Shown: one piece after another, positions 40,973-53,184 of the stretch
How positions within the stretch are numbered: the first letter of the stretch is position 1
How the letters are laid out: every line of letters begins with the position of its first letter
Assembly (NCBI GenBank): GCA_963828845.1
Contig: CAWHGE010000009.1
Location: 106,660-170,659 of the forward strand
Origin: an uncultured Chloroflexia bacterium
Lineage (GTDB): Bacteria > Chloroflexota > Anaerolineae > Anaerolineales > UBA4823
Reading direction: 5' to 3'
DNA: 64,000 nucleotides
Made by a program: the position numbers and the translations under genes
The notes under the pieces: generated by a model
Database searches by the model: none
What the model saw: only the letters and a program-made list of their open reading frames with translations
What the model was told of the DNA's origin: nothing

Positions 40973-41879
40973 CTATCCAACAATATATTCCTGGATCAGT
41001 TCAGCAATCAGCGCTTGAATCCCCTCCGGGGTCGGCTGGATTTCCTTGCTGTCGGTGGTTTCGAGCACCACGTAGTTGACTTTGTACACCTGGGTGGGCG
41101 AGCCCGCCAAACCCAGCTCTGCTTCATCCACATTTAAATCCGCCGCTGTCCATACCTCGATATTGAGCTTTCGCTCCGCCAGGTATTCACCCAGTGCCTG
41201 CTCATTCTCAAACTCACTCCATTTCTTGAGCAGTTTTGGATATTCGTTGGGTGTCGCTGCCATTTTATATTCGATCCGTTTGCGGGCTGAAGCCGGACGT
41301 GGCCGGTTGGCAGACCCGACCACCGTCAGCAGGCATGGCAGCTGGCACCTGACCAGCTCAGTCCCCAGGTCAAAAGCCCGGCGCACCACGATTTCATTCC
41401 CTTGCAGGTCAATGATTGACTTCAGCATAGGTGATCTGAGGGATGCCCAGCTTTTCTGCCACCTGCGGACCCACCTGGGCGGTATCCCCATCGATCGCCT
41501 GCCGGCCGCAAAAGACCAGGTCATACTCACCCAATTTGTCAATCGCGCATTTTAGGGTGTAGGAGGTCGCCTGGGTATCTGCCCCGGCAAATTTACGGTC
41601 AGAGAGCAACACCACGCGGTCAGCACCCCGGAACAAAGCCTCCCGCAAGACCTCCGCTGCCTGCATGGGTCCCATCGTCAGGACGGTCACACTCCCCCCA
41701 TTCTGCTCTTTGATGCTCAACGCCATCTCCAGCGCATTCAGGTCTTCAGGGTTGAAGATGGCTGGCAGCGCGTTGCGGTTCATTGTTCCTTCGGCAGTCA
41801 TCACCTCGCCAGTCACATTGCGCGTGTCAGGCACTTGCTTAACCAGCACCACAGAATGATAAGTTCGATTAAAAGGCAT
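40973..41879 (-). CDS. etfB: Electron transfer flavoprotein beta subunit; frameshifted
   Basis: VKQVPD, NPEDLNALE, FAGADT, GRQAIDGDTAQVGP, GLAGSPT. Confidence 0.9.
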
Positions 41880-41946
41880 TCACAGCTCCTTGAAGAATAA
41901 AATTAGTTATGTAGTAATTAGTAAGCAGTGAGCAGTTAGGGGATTC

Positions 41947-42538
41947 CTAGGTCTCGTACCTGGCTATGAAACGCCAGGGGATGCTCTTCCATGGCTCAGG
42001 TACACTATTTAAACCCACACGTGGGCCAATCGTCACGCATGAATCGGGGATATTTTCCCCAAATTCAACAAAAATCTCTGCCTCTGGAGCACACAGGTCA
42101 GCATCATTTTGTGCCCGGTTGATCGCCAGTGCTATGCAGATTTTCCCCGGTCCATCGGTCCATTGTTTTCGTGGTCGTCCCTGCCGGCGAGCTGCGATGC
42201 GCTCGAGGCCCTCGGTGGGCACGATCCCCCGAATGAGCACCGCGGCAGGGAAACCTTCCCTCTCAGCCACAAAATTGAGCATCCAATACATTCCCATAGG
42301 TAAAGTATACATAGGCGTGTCCGGGAGGCCCATACAAAACCCGCGTGCGTGGGGTAAACCCAACGTGGGCATGGCAGCCAAGGTCCTCTTCGCCAATATA
42401 GGCTTCGGTCTCAACGATGATTCCTGCCGTGCGCTCTCCACCTTCCAGGCGCACCAGACGCGTCCCAAGCAGCTCGCGTGCCACTTGTAGGGTTGGGCGG
42501 TTAAAGAATTGGCGCTCTAAACGCGGTGCAGAAGTCAT
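41947..42538 (-). CDS. mpg: DNA-3-methyladenine glycosylase (AAG/MPG); frameshifted
   Basis: VARELLG, IVETEAY, GPPGHAYVYFTYG, AVLIRG, GPGK, PRVGL, PWRF. Confidence 0.88.
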
Positions 42539-42718
42539 CCGGCAATTTAACCACAAACGCCCCATCCTGCAAAGCCATGCATTGTAACCATTTCCAGGTA
42601 TTGGATCTCTTGTGAAAACTTGACCATCACTGGTTTATTGGGTAAATCGGTGCTTCTTTAGTGATGATTATGTCGTGAGGCTGGCTTTCGATCAATCCGG
42701 CAAGGGTTTCCCCTCAAC

Positions 42719-42746
42719 TTGCGCTCTGTTCCCGCTATGGTATAAT
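42719..42746 (+). promoter_or_regulatory. Sigma70 promoter of tRNA-Val
   Basis: TTGCGC, 16 nt spacer, TATAAT with an extended TG, 11 nt upstream of the tRNA. Confidence 0.65.
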
Positions 42747-42757
42747 GCAAACCTCGC

Positions 42758-42831
42758 GGGCGGATAGCTCAGTTGGTTAGAGCATCGCGTTGACATCGCG
42801 AAGGCCGTAGGTTCGAGTCCTATTCCGCCCA
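42758..42831 (+). tRNA. tRNA-Val(GAC)
   Basis: GGGCGGATAGCTCAGTTGGTTAGAGCATCGCGTTGACATCGCGAAGGCCGTAGGTTCGAGTCCTATTCCGCCCA. Confidence 0.96.
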
Positions 42832-42926
42832 CAGAATTTCCCCCATCCGTGGGGGTGTTTGTTTTAATTGACCTTCCCTGCCTGCCGGTAATATCTATAG
42901 CTCGTTGATAGGTTCCAAATAAAAAC

Positions 42927-44122
42927 TTAGCCAGACACAAGCTTTCTTAATGCCAATGCAGTTATGTCGTCAAACTGGACTGCTTCTCCAATAAATTGAT
43001 CAAGCTCTCGCTCAATATTTTTTAATAGAATGTTACAGCTGTCATTGTGGGTATGCTCAAGTTTGATTAAGTCGACCAACCGCTCCCTGCCAAATGCGTC
43101 CTCATGGATATTCAAAGCATCCGTGATCCCGTCGGTATAAGCCAATAACAAATCGTTTTCCCCCATCGCCATTTCCTTGGCGCAGAACTCTGCATCAGGG
43201 ATGACACCAACAATCGGGCCAGTAGGCCAAAGCAAAGTCGCATCGCCATTAGTTCCCATCAGGATATGCCGGCTCATTCCCGCAGTTAATGTAAGTGAGT
43301 ATGTCATCCTTTAGGTTAATGATACAGATAAAAACCGTGGAAAACATGCTGGTATGACCATGCGTTTCAGCCACATAATTATTGGTAAATGAGATCACAT
43401 GCTGCAGGCGCTCAGCATTATTTAATCCCGTTTCTCCAGGTTTATTGTAAAAATAATCGGTTTTTGAAGTTGCCCGGATGAGACTCCGAAACAGGGTCAT
43501 ATACAACGCTGCTCCCACTCCCTTTCCACACACATCTCCAACTACACAGGTCAGGTTCCCATCGGGTAACAGAAAAGCATCATAATAATCACCAGCCACT
43601 TCACGTGCCGATTTAAAATAAGCAGCAATCTCCCAACCTTTCACTACCAGGCAATTGCAGCAGGTAAAAATCCCATTTGGATCTCACGCCCAATATCTAA
43701 TTCACGTTCCAGGCTTTTAAGGTATAGCTTTTGCAGGTCACGCAGGTGTTTCTTCTCCAGGCTGGATGAGATCCGCGCACTTAATAAGATCGGCTCGAAT
43801 GGTTTAGGCAGGTAATCCTCAGCCCCGAGTTTGATACCTCTCACCACGCTTTTTAAATCATTGCTGGCTGATATGACGATCACGGGGATTTCGCGCGTTT
43901 CAGGATTTGCTTTGAGCCTTGAAAGCACTTCAAAGCCGTCCATCACCGGCATCATGATATCCAACAACACCAGGTCAGGGCTTTCAGCTTTGGACTTTAT
44001 CGAGTGCCTCCTGGCCATTGACTGCTGAGATGTGTCTCATACTCCGAATCCTCCAGCTCCTGCTCGATATAATCCACATTGAAAGGTTCATCGTCAACGA
44101 TGAGGATTTTAGGCTTTGTCAT
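42927..44122 (-). CDS. Receiver domain plus PP2C (SpoIIE/RsbU-like) phosphatase; frameshifted
   Basis: ILIVDDEP, LLDIMMPVMDG, YLPKPF; IQMGFLP, AGDYYD, GDVCGKG, YTDGITD, DDIT. Confidence 0.88.
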
Positions 44123-44128
44123 GCACAT

Positions 44129-44485
44129 TCATCCCAGATATTCGTTCAGCTTCTTTAGCAATAGGTCTTCATCGACCGGCTTGGTCAGAGTAATCGGTGC
44201 AGCCCGCCTCTCGTGGCTTTCTCCGCGTCACCTTGCATGGCGTGAGATGACAGGCCAATGATCGGCAGGGTTTGAAAGGTCTTGCGAATGATTGCGTGTG
44301 GCCTCATAACCATCCATGATGGGCATGGCGATATCCATCAGGATCAGATCTGGCTTGAATTGTTCAGCATATGCCACTCCCTGGGCCCCGTCTTTCGCTA
44401 TGATGAGGTTGTAATCATCCTCCAGGATCTGGGTGAGCAGGTCAATATTAAGCTCAACGTCTTCAACGATCAGGATGGTTTTCAA
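44129..44485 (-). CDS. Single-domain response regulator; frameshifted
   Basis: ILIVEDV, LILMDIAMPIMDG, TKPVD. Confidence 0.85.
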
Positions 44486-44506
44486 GCAGGCCTCCGTTTT
44501 ACATTC

Positions 44507-47500
44507 TCAACTTACTTCGATTTTGGACCGGTACTGGATTGGGATGGTAAGCGTGAAGGTGGAGCCTTCACCTAAAGTACTTTCTACGATCAAATCACCA
44601 CCGAGCAAACGCGCCAGGTTGCGGCTGATGGTCAGACCCAGACCCGTGCCGCCATATTTTCGGGTGGTGGTGGTGTCAGCCTGTTCAAATTCCTTGAAGA
44701 TACGCGGCAAGTGCTTCAGCGCTGATCCCGATGCCTGTATCTGCCACCGAGATGCACAGGTTGTTCTCGCCCTCCCGCCTGGTAGTCAGGGAGATCTTCC
44801 CCTGCTGGGTAAATTTGGCTGCGTTGCTCAGCAGGTTGAGGACAATCTGGCGGATCTTGTCCTGGTCGGAATGGATGATCTCCAGACCCTCATCCAACTG
44901 TTTTTCCAGGGTGACGCCCGGCTGAAGCAATGGTTGGGCTGTATTGGCACATAAGTCGATCAGCGCGCTGATGCGGAAGTTGGCAGCCATGACATCCATT
45001 CGCCCGGCTTCAATCTTGGCGATGTCAAGCACGCTGTTGATCAACTCCAGCAGGTTCTCGGCACTGATCAGCACCTTATCCAGGTTTTCTATCTGTTTTT
45101 CGGGAAGTAAGCCCTCCCCCTTGCGACGGACGATGCGGGTAAAACCGATGATGGCATTAAGCGGCGTTCGCAGCTCGTGGCTCATGTTCGCTAAAAAGGC
45201 GCTCTTGGCATTATTGGCTTGTTCAGCTTCTGCGCGCGATCTTTGTGCCTCCTGAAATAGCTCGGCATTATTGATGGCTGCACCTACGTTCGTGGCAATT
45301 GTGCTTAGGAGACGGACATCATCCTGGTTGAAGATGCCTTCTTGCGTGCAGCTTTGCACGCTTAAAACACCCACCGCCTTCCCACTCACGATGATCGGCA
45401 CTCCCAGGAAAGAAAGCGCTTGCTTACCGACCATGGTTGCTCCAATCTCCATTACTTGTCGGCCCATTTCCTCATTGATCAGCAAAGGTTCATTGGTTTG
45501 AATGATCCTGCTGGTAAGTCCTTCACCAAAACGGATGGGTATTAATTCTTCGCCGTACGTATAGGGAAATTGATGGTCTCATTGGTTTCGTCAAGTAAAG
45601 CCACGAAGGCAATATCCGCGTTAAATATCGAACGAGTTTGTTCACCTACCAGCTGGATCAGTGCATCGAGGTCCAGCTCACTGGCCAGGGCTGAGCTGAC
45701 GGTGTTGACCGCCGCCAGCTCGGCAGCACGCTGTTCGGTCTCCTTGAGCAGGCGCTGGGTTTCGTCGAATAGTCGGGCGTTCTCCAGCGCTACACTCAAG
45801 CTGTTAGCCAGGGTTTCCAGTAGATGCAGATCAGATTCACTAAATGCATTCTCTCGATCAACGTTTTGCAGGCTGATGGCGCCATAAAGTTTGCCCTGCA
45901 TCCTAATGGGGACAGTTAGAGAGCATTTAGGCATCTCACCGGCGGGAGCCTTGAATTCCGGGTCAATCTGCTGCACATATTCCGATAAATGATGGTTGAT
46001 TAACAGTGGCTGTCCCTGATTAATAAAATTCAACCAGAGATTCGGGATTGGATTGGGTTCCAAATAAAAGCGCTCTCCCCGCTCAATCGTGTAATGCCGA
46101 TACATCAAGTTTTTGTCGAGGTCGAATGTTGCCAATACAGTGGTATTGGCATCGAAAATATCACGAATTTTTTCGCCGACCAATTCATAAATGGCCTGCA
46201 TATCCAGCTGAGAAGCCAGACCGGCTTGCACACTGTTAATGATTGCCAGTTCGGCCGCGCGCTGTTGTTCAGCCTGGAAGAGACGCTGTGTCTCGCTAAA
46301 GAGTCGTGCGTTTTCCAAGACGGAACCTATGGCGGAGGAAAGTGTCTGCAAGAGATGCAGGTTGTTATCATTGAAAGCGTGCGGTTGGTTATCCGCCAGT
46401 GCAATTAGACCCAAAACCTGATCTTTGGCCATGATAGGCACACCAACCCACGACTGGCCAAAAGACCCTGTGCCTTGTTCGATGATTTCAGGTGGAAAAT
46501 ACGCGCCATTGGCAAGTTCCTCTTCGAGTGTGCCGAGCAGCAATGGCTGACCGGTCGTGATAACTTTGGATGACAGGCCAGTTCCAAGTGGGAATGGTTC
46601 GACATAATCGATATACCCGCCTTCGTTTTTGTCGTATTCATACGCCACATGAATCAGATTCGTGTTCTTGTCCAACAACATAATTTGCGCAGAATCTGAG
46701 CCGAAAATTTCGCGCATCTTATCGCCAACCAGGCGAGTCAGGGTGTTCACATCTAATGATTTAGCCACCTCGACGCTAACACTATAAAGAATGGCGAGTT
46801 CAGCCGTCCGTTGCCGTTCCGCCTCCAGTGCACTGACGCCGTGCCAGGGCAGTGGCGATATGCTGTGCTACAAATCCTAAAACTTCTTCATCTTGATCGG
46901 TATAATGAACTCCCTTCAGTGTAACTCTGCACGAAGATGGCTCCAAGGATATCGCTCTCTGAGATAAGCGGGGCACCAATATTGTCCACATTGGGCGTAC
47001 CTTCCACCTCACTTCGTTGTTGGCTACTAACTCATTGATTTGATCCCGACCATGCTTTATGGAATTGCCCGTGCGTAACATATAACTGGTCATGCCATGA
47101 AAGTTTTCTAGGGGTTGGGTGGGGAATGGCTCGTCTTTTTCATCTACGAAATACGGGAAGCTTAACAGCCCGGTCGCTTTATCATAAAGGGCGATGAATA
47201 AATTCTTCGCATACATCAGCTCACCGATCACACGATGGATTTCACGATAGAAATCCTGGATGTCTTGCCAGTTACTGGCTGCATCGGTAATCTTGTATAA
47301 CGCAGTTTGGATTTTGTTGCTCTGGAGCAGTTCTGCAGTGCGCGTCTGAACGATTTGTTCCAGGTTCTGTTTCTGTTCTTCCAATAAAGCCTGTGCCCTG
47401 ATCAATTCGGCTTGTTCGCTGGATTCCCTATCGATCACACCCTCCTGGAAATGGTAAAAAAGGATCAGCAGGATCATTCCCACAACCAGCAACATTAGCA

Positions 47501-47981
47501 TGGTACCTAAGGAGCCCCAGGTGTTGCCAGCAATTTCGATTTCCTTAAGAATGCCTCGATTAAATAAATAAGCGAACAGGCTTGCCAGGAAGGCGCTAAA
47601 AATTGTAGTATAGATGCCCGCTTGCCTGCCGACCAGAATTAAGGCCACAATGGGGACGACCATCAGGTAAAGCGGAGCAGCGCCGAGCAGACCACCCAGC
47701 CTCAAGCTGAATATTGCCGCGGCATAACCAACCAGTAGAAGCCCAACCACCCTGATCCGGTAGTCAAGGGCGCGATAAATGGCAAGAACGATCAAAATCA
47801 GTTCAACAACTGAGAACGGGATGACGATGGACCAGAAACTCGTTGAGCCAAGGCTTCTGATAACGGTCACGATAAAGGCGGGCATGGATGCAATGGCGAC
47901 AACGATCAAAAAACCATTCAGGATTTTGGTACGCCAATCACGCAGCACCATTTCCCTGTCTTGATTTATATCTTTATCCAT
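44507..47981 (-). CDS. Membrane sensor histidine kinase with multiple GAF domains; split into at least 4 ORFs by frameshifts
   Basis: N-terminal multi-TM region, about four GAF repeats, [35 protein letters not shown]. Confidence 0.85.
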
Positions 47982-48297
47982 CTTTTCGGCTCCTAAATGC
48001 ACATTCCCAACCCATTGTAGATTAGTTTATTATCATCGTTAGCGTTTTTGGTTTTGGCTGGTCTCAGCAAACCTGTCATATTGGGGGATTCGCAATCCAG
48101 TGTTTGCTGGTCCTCATCCCGATCATATTTTCCCGGTGGAGAATAACCCAATATACACTTCGAGGGAATGAATGTCAATATTTCCTGTTCTTGTAATCCA
48201 ATATTGGAATGTTGTTTTATTAGCCTCGTTTCCTGGAGAAGGCATTTATAATAACAAGCAGAAACAACAATAACGAATTTTATGTTTTTAACTGGAG

Positions 48298-49562
48298 ATG
48301 ATCATGCTCCTCCATTCAGCATCCCAACTGCTCACCATTGCCGGCGTGCCCCAACGCGGGCGTGAGCTCGGCCGCCTGGGCATCATACCAGATGGCGCAG
48401 TGCTCATCCGTGATGGGAAGATCACCGCTGTCGGCACCACCAGTGAGCTGCGCAAGGCAAATCCTCATGAAGAGACTTTTGATGCCAGGGGGCATGTGGT
48501 CATGCCAGGCTTTGTGGACCCGCATACTCATCTTCTTTGGGCAGGTGACCGCGCCACCGAGTTCGAGATGCGCCTCGAAGGCAAGACCTATATGGAAATC
48601 CTGGCTGCCGGGGGCGGCATCCTCTCAACGGTGCAAAACACCCGTCAAGCCTCCCTTCAAACTTTGCTTGATGAGACTCGCCCCCGCCTGAGGGATATGC
48701 TCGCTTATGGTACCACCACAGCTGAAGCCAAGACCGGTTACGGTTTGCAGACCGAGGCTGAGCTGCGTATGTTGCAGGCTCTGCTGCTCCTGGATGCAGA
48801 GGGTCCGCTCGAGATTGCTCCAACCTTCCTCGGCGCGCACGCCATCCCTCCCGAATACAAGGACAACCCAGATGGTTATACCTCCCTCGTGTGCTCTCAG
48901 ATGCTTCCTACCGTGCACCAGTGGTGGGATGCACACCTACCCACCCGTCCCTTGCCCTTTGTGGACGTATTCTGCGAAACCGGTGCCTTCAGCCTTGAAC
49001 AATCGCGCCGCATCCTGGAGACTGCTAAGTCACTGGGCTTCCCGCTTAAGTCCACGCGGATGAGTTCGACAATCTGGGTGGAGCCAGTTTGGCAGCCGAA
49101 TTAGCTGCTGTCTCTGCGGACCATCTGGTGAAGACCTCTCAGTCTGATATTGCTGCTCTGGCGCACTCCACCACGGTCGCAGTGGCATTGCCCTGCACCC
49201 CATTTGGGTTGGCAGAGCGTGAATACACTCCCGCTCGGGCTATCCTGGAGGCAGGTGGCTTATTAGCTTTGGCCACCGACCTTAACCCCGGCACAGCCTG
49301 GGGTGGTAACATGCAATTTGCCATCGCCCTCGCTTGCCGTTACATGCGCCTGACCCCCGCCCAGGCGATCGTTGCTGCCACCCTCAACGCGGCTGCAGCC
49401 ATCAACCGGGCTGATCTGGTTGGCTCACTCGAGCCTGGCAAGCAGGCTGACCTGCTCATCCTCAAAGTTTCCGATTACCGTCACCTGGGTTACCGCTTTG
49501 GCACCAATCTGGTGCAGATGGTGATCAAGCGCGGTGAAATGATTGACACAGGTCAGTCCTAG
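48298..49562 (+). CDS. hutI: Imidazolonepropionase; frameshifted
   Basis: MPGFVDPHTH, GGGILSTV, KTGYGL, TFLGAH, DVFCE, SADHL, ATDLNPG. Confidence 0.92.
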
Positions 49563-49670
49563 GTCCGGGCGAGCCGGTTCTTTTTTTTACCGGATTGAGA
49601 ACAACTCATTTATGATATAACTTATCAAGACTTCCATGCCTCAAACCCAGCTCTAGAAAACAGGTGATTT

Positions 49671-50354
49671 ATGCCCACCATACCCATTAAGCTCAGCCCA
49701 TCTGACCTGACTTTCCTGTGGGACGAGTGCCCACGCTGCTTCTATCTCAAATACATCCACGGTATCACTCGCCCAGCCGCCCCATTTCCTTCCATATTTG
49801 GTGCTATCGATCGTTTGATGAAAGCCCAATTCGCTGGTCATCCTGCTTCCGACCTTGATCGCTCACTGCCTCCTGGTATTGTGACTGTAACCGAGCAGTG
49901 GATCGAGTCGCTTCCAGTTATTCTCCCCAATCATATCCAATCCTGCTTTTTGAGAGGTAAGCTGGACGCAATTCTTGATTTCGACGACGGCTCCTATGGT
50001 GTGGTAGATTTCAAAACCTCCGAGCCCAAACCAGCCCAGATCCCTTTCTACAGCCGCCAGCTACATGCTTACGCCTATGCCCTTGAGCACCCCATTCCTG
50101 GCAGGCTTAGTCGTAGTCCCATATCTAAGTTGGGTTTGTATGTTGAAACCCCGCATGCCACCCTTGCTGCCACAACCAGCGAAATTTCCTTCCATTTTCG
50201 TTCCACCTGGCTGGAAGTACCCTTTCAGGAAAGCGGTTTCCTGGGTTTCCTGGATAAAGTCCTATCACTGCTCGAGTTGCCAGAGCCCCCTCCCGCCGGT
50301 GAGGAATGCACGTACTGCCGGTACCGCCAACATGCCCGTGAACACGGGATGTGA
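49671..50354 (+). CDS. PD-(D/E)XK nuclease (RecB/Cas4-like), stand-alone
   Basis: LSPS...CPRC, LRGKLD, VVDFKT, RQLHAYA, CTYC. Confidence 0.85.
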   Translation: MPTIPIKLSPSDLTFLWDECPRCFYLKYIHGITRPAAPFPSIFGAIDRLMKAQFAGHPASDLDRSLPPGIVTVTEQWIESLPVILPNHIQSCFLRGKLDAILDFDDGSYGVVDFKTSEPKPAQIPFYSRQLHAYAYALEHPIPGRLSRSPISKLGLYVETPHATLAATTSEISFHFRSTWLEVPFQESGFLGFLDKVLSLLELPEPPPAGEECTYCRYRQHAREHGM

Positions 50355-50380
50355 TGCAATCAATCTTCCCAACAAAACAA

Positions 50381-50407
50381 AAATCCAGGAGATTGTCTCC
50401 TGGATTT
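50381..50407. terminator. Bidirectional terminator
   Basis: AAATCCAGGAGA-TTG-TCTCCTGGATTT perfect stem between convergent genes. Confidence 0.7.
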
Positions 50408-50451
50408 AAGTTGCAATTAAGCCTTTGTGCCCTTGGTGAAGGCGCTTTTTC

Positions 50452-51683
50452 TTATGGTAGGAAATTCCACGGGTTCACCTTGCCATAGCTCTCATTCAGC
50501 ATCTCGAAGTGCAGGTGAGGTCCCGAAGAGTTTCCCGTGCTGCCAATGCCGCCAATCACATCACCCTGGTATACACTGAATCCGCAGCCCACGTTCAGGG
50601 CGCTCAGGTGAGCGTACAGGGTCTGCCAGCCACCATCGTGGTCGATGACGATCACATTACCATACCCCCAGTCGTTCCAGCCGGCATATACCACCACACC
50701 ATTATCCGCTGCATACACCGCATTCCCCAGTGCACCAGCAATATCGATCCCGAAGTGGTTGGTGGAAGGGGAATAGTCGTATCCCGACAGGAAGTGGTTA
50801 ACTGTTGGCCAAATGAATGTTCCTGTGCCCACCGCACCGTCCACGATCGTACCACACGAGCCCGGACCCAGAATTTTCGCCACGCCCGGGTTATCACGCG
50901 AGATGCGTGGTGCGCTCCATGTGACGTAATCACGCTCGCCCCCGGGGACGAATAGCATCGTGCCTGGCTCGATGTTGGGATGGGAATAATCGCCCAATGT
51001 GGCCGGGTCAAGCTGATTGCCCGGCCAGTTTAACGATCACATCCGGAGTGACATCATAGCCATGCGCTACGCCATTCAACCCCTCCCCTCCGACCAGCGG
51101 TGGTAAGTGCCGTCCATCGGCATGATATTTAATTCCACCCCTGGGTTGATATTGTGTGGGTCATCCAATAACGTGTAATAATTTCCCCATAGGATTGTTT
51201 CAGGTTTCAGCCCGAACATCTCGGCAATACCAAAGATGGTATCACCCTTTTGTATTGTATATTTGATGATCTCGGTACGCGGGCGGGATGGGATCGTGGT
51301 GTGGATCAGCGCCAATCGTGTAATACCATATTGGTACAGGGGCTTGGCAGATGCAAATTCCGGCATGATAGCCGGGATCGCTGTGGGTGTAGGGGTGGGT
51401 GCTTCAGCTGCCAGGGCTGCTTCACGTGGCTGGCTTACATTTGCCTGTTGAAACCGCAGATAAAACAGGCGCATTCCTACCACTGCCAGTAATATCAGGG
51501 CAATGGTTAAGAAGCAGTCCCCAGGCGATAAACCGTATCACCCAGGCCTTTACGGGATAGGCTGTCCCAGATGGATTGTATCCGGCTTTCTTTGGCTGCT
51601 TCATCCCCAGAAGGTGTCGGTTTTGACTCGTTCACCTCTTCCTCGGCGGCCGGGAATTCGTCGAGATATGGATCATTTGACAT
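50452..51683 (-). CDS. LysM-domain M23 metallopeptidase; frameshifted
   Basis: YTIQKGDTIFGIAEMFGL (LysM), HFGIDIA, YAHL, STGNSSGPHLHFE. Confidence 0.88.
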
Positions 51684-51818
51684 GGTTTTTGTTCCGAGAG
51701 CGCCTCCGGTAATTATGCCAGAAGCTACTGCTCAAATCAGCGAACCCTTTGTGGGACTTGCATGATATCATCCCATGGGTTATGCGTCAAGCCACCCAAA
51801 TTTGTGTCATCAGCACGA

Positions 51819-53166
51819 TTAAGGCTGGTTGATCTGGTCGATCACCGTTTCGGCAGCGGTTTGAGGATCACTTTGAGCTTTGAGCACGCTCACCACCGCC
51901 TGTTCCAGGGCTGGCCCGAGAGTGGCCGCGAGATCCACGGAGGGCATCATCCAGGCAGAGTATGATATTTGCTCGATTACTTGGCGCACCTTTGCCTCCT
52001 GCCAGCTCTGTAAGGCATCTGACCTTGGTGGCAGATAACCTGCTGCATAAGTCCATTCGGCTAGGAAATCCTTCTCAACCAGATATTCAACCAGCCTGAC
52101 GCTCAGTGTACGTCGCGCAGAGTCCTGACCAGCCAACACCCAGCTCCAACCAGTTGCCAGGGTGAAAGGGACACCATCTGGAGTGGGCAGGGGTGCCATC
52201 GCCAGATCATCTTGTTCAGTCTGCATCTGGCTTAAGTAAGCAGATACCCAGGTGACTGCCATTGGATACGGGTTGCCAAGGAAAGCCTCCCAAACCTGTG
52301 CATCATTCGAGTATTGGGTGAGTGAATACGGCATCACCCCCGACAGGCTGGCAAGCTGATCATATTCGAGAGTTTTTATCAGTGATGCTTCATCTAATGA
52401 GGGCCGTCCTTGTGCATCCTGCATTCTCCCACCCTCTGCCTGGTACATATAAAGGGTGAAAAGCGCTTGTGGGTCGGTTGCCGGGAAGAGCAGGACTTCA
52501 CCCAGCGAAAGCGTTGCATCCAGGTTGTGTGGTACGCTTTCAAGCAGTGACGGGCGATGAGCCAGGACCATGGCATCCCCGGCGAATGGGATCCCATAAA
52601 TACTGGCTTTCAGGTATGCGAGCTGGCGTGCATACTCGAACCAGCTCAGATCATCCATTATATGGGTCAGACCATCATATGGATAAAGCAAACCTTTTAA
52701 TCCGGCTGATTCGAGCAGTGGTCTTGGCAGCAACACCAGGTCAGGCAAAGCTAGTGGAGCAGCTGCATTGGCAGCTACCAATGAATTCGAGTAATCCACC
52801 TGGCCCATCCAAGGCTTTCACTCGTACCTCCAGCCTAACTTCAGGGTTCGCAGCTGCATACTCTTCCAGACGGGTATTGAGTAACTCGCTGGCTGTGCTA
52901 TTTCCTTTAGGGTCAAACTCGGGAGGTAGCCAGATGCGTACCAATAATCCACCCATGGGTAGGCTGGCAACCGGAGTCACTCCAGCTGTGGTAGGAAGTG
53001 CAGTTTCGTTTACTTCCTGAGTTGTGGGAGAACTGGGTAAATGCGTTTGCTCGGGGGTGAGGGTGTAAACCTGTGTTCTTGTTCCCAGATTGAAAGGTAG
53101 ACTGGTGCATCCCACCATAGCCAGCAGGACCAGTAATGATAAGAACCTAAAACGGCGGGCGTTCAT
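51819..53166 (-). CDS. Extracellular solute-binding lipoprotein (ABC, family 1-like); frameshifted
   Basis: MVGC lipobox, PDLVLL, YGIPFAGD, AGYLPPR. Confidence 0.75.
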
Positions 53167-53184
53167 CGAAACAAATACCGCTGC

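Noticed and set aside
42831-48298. Prophage or genomic island at tRNA-Val
   Set aside because: No integrase, no phage genes, and no tRNA 3' duplication found by eye.
49563-50450. CRISPR system around the Cas4-like nuclease
   Set aside because: No repeat-spacer array and no other cas genes in the window.
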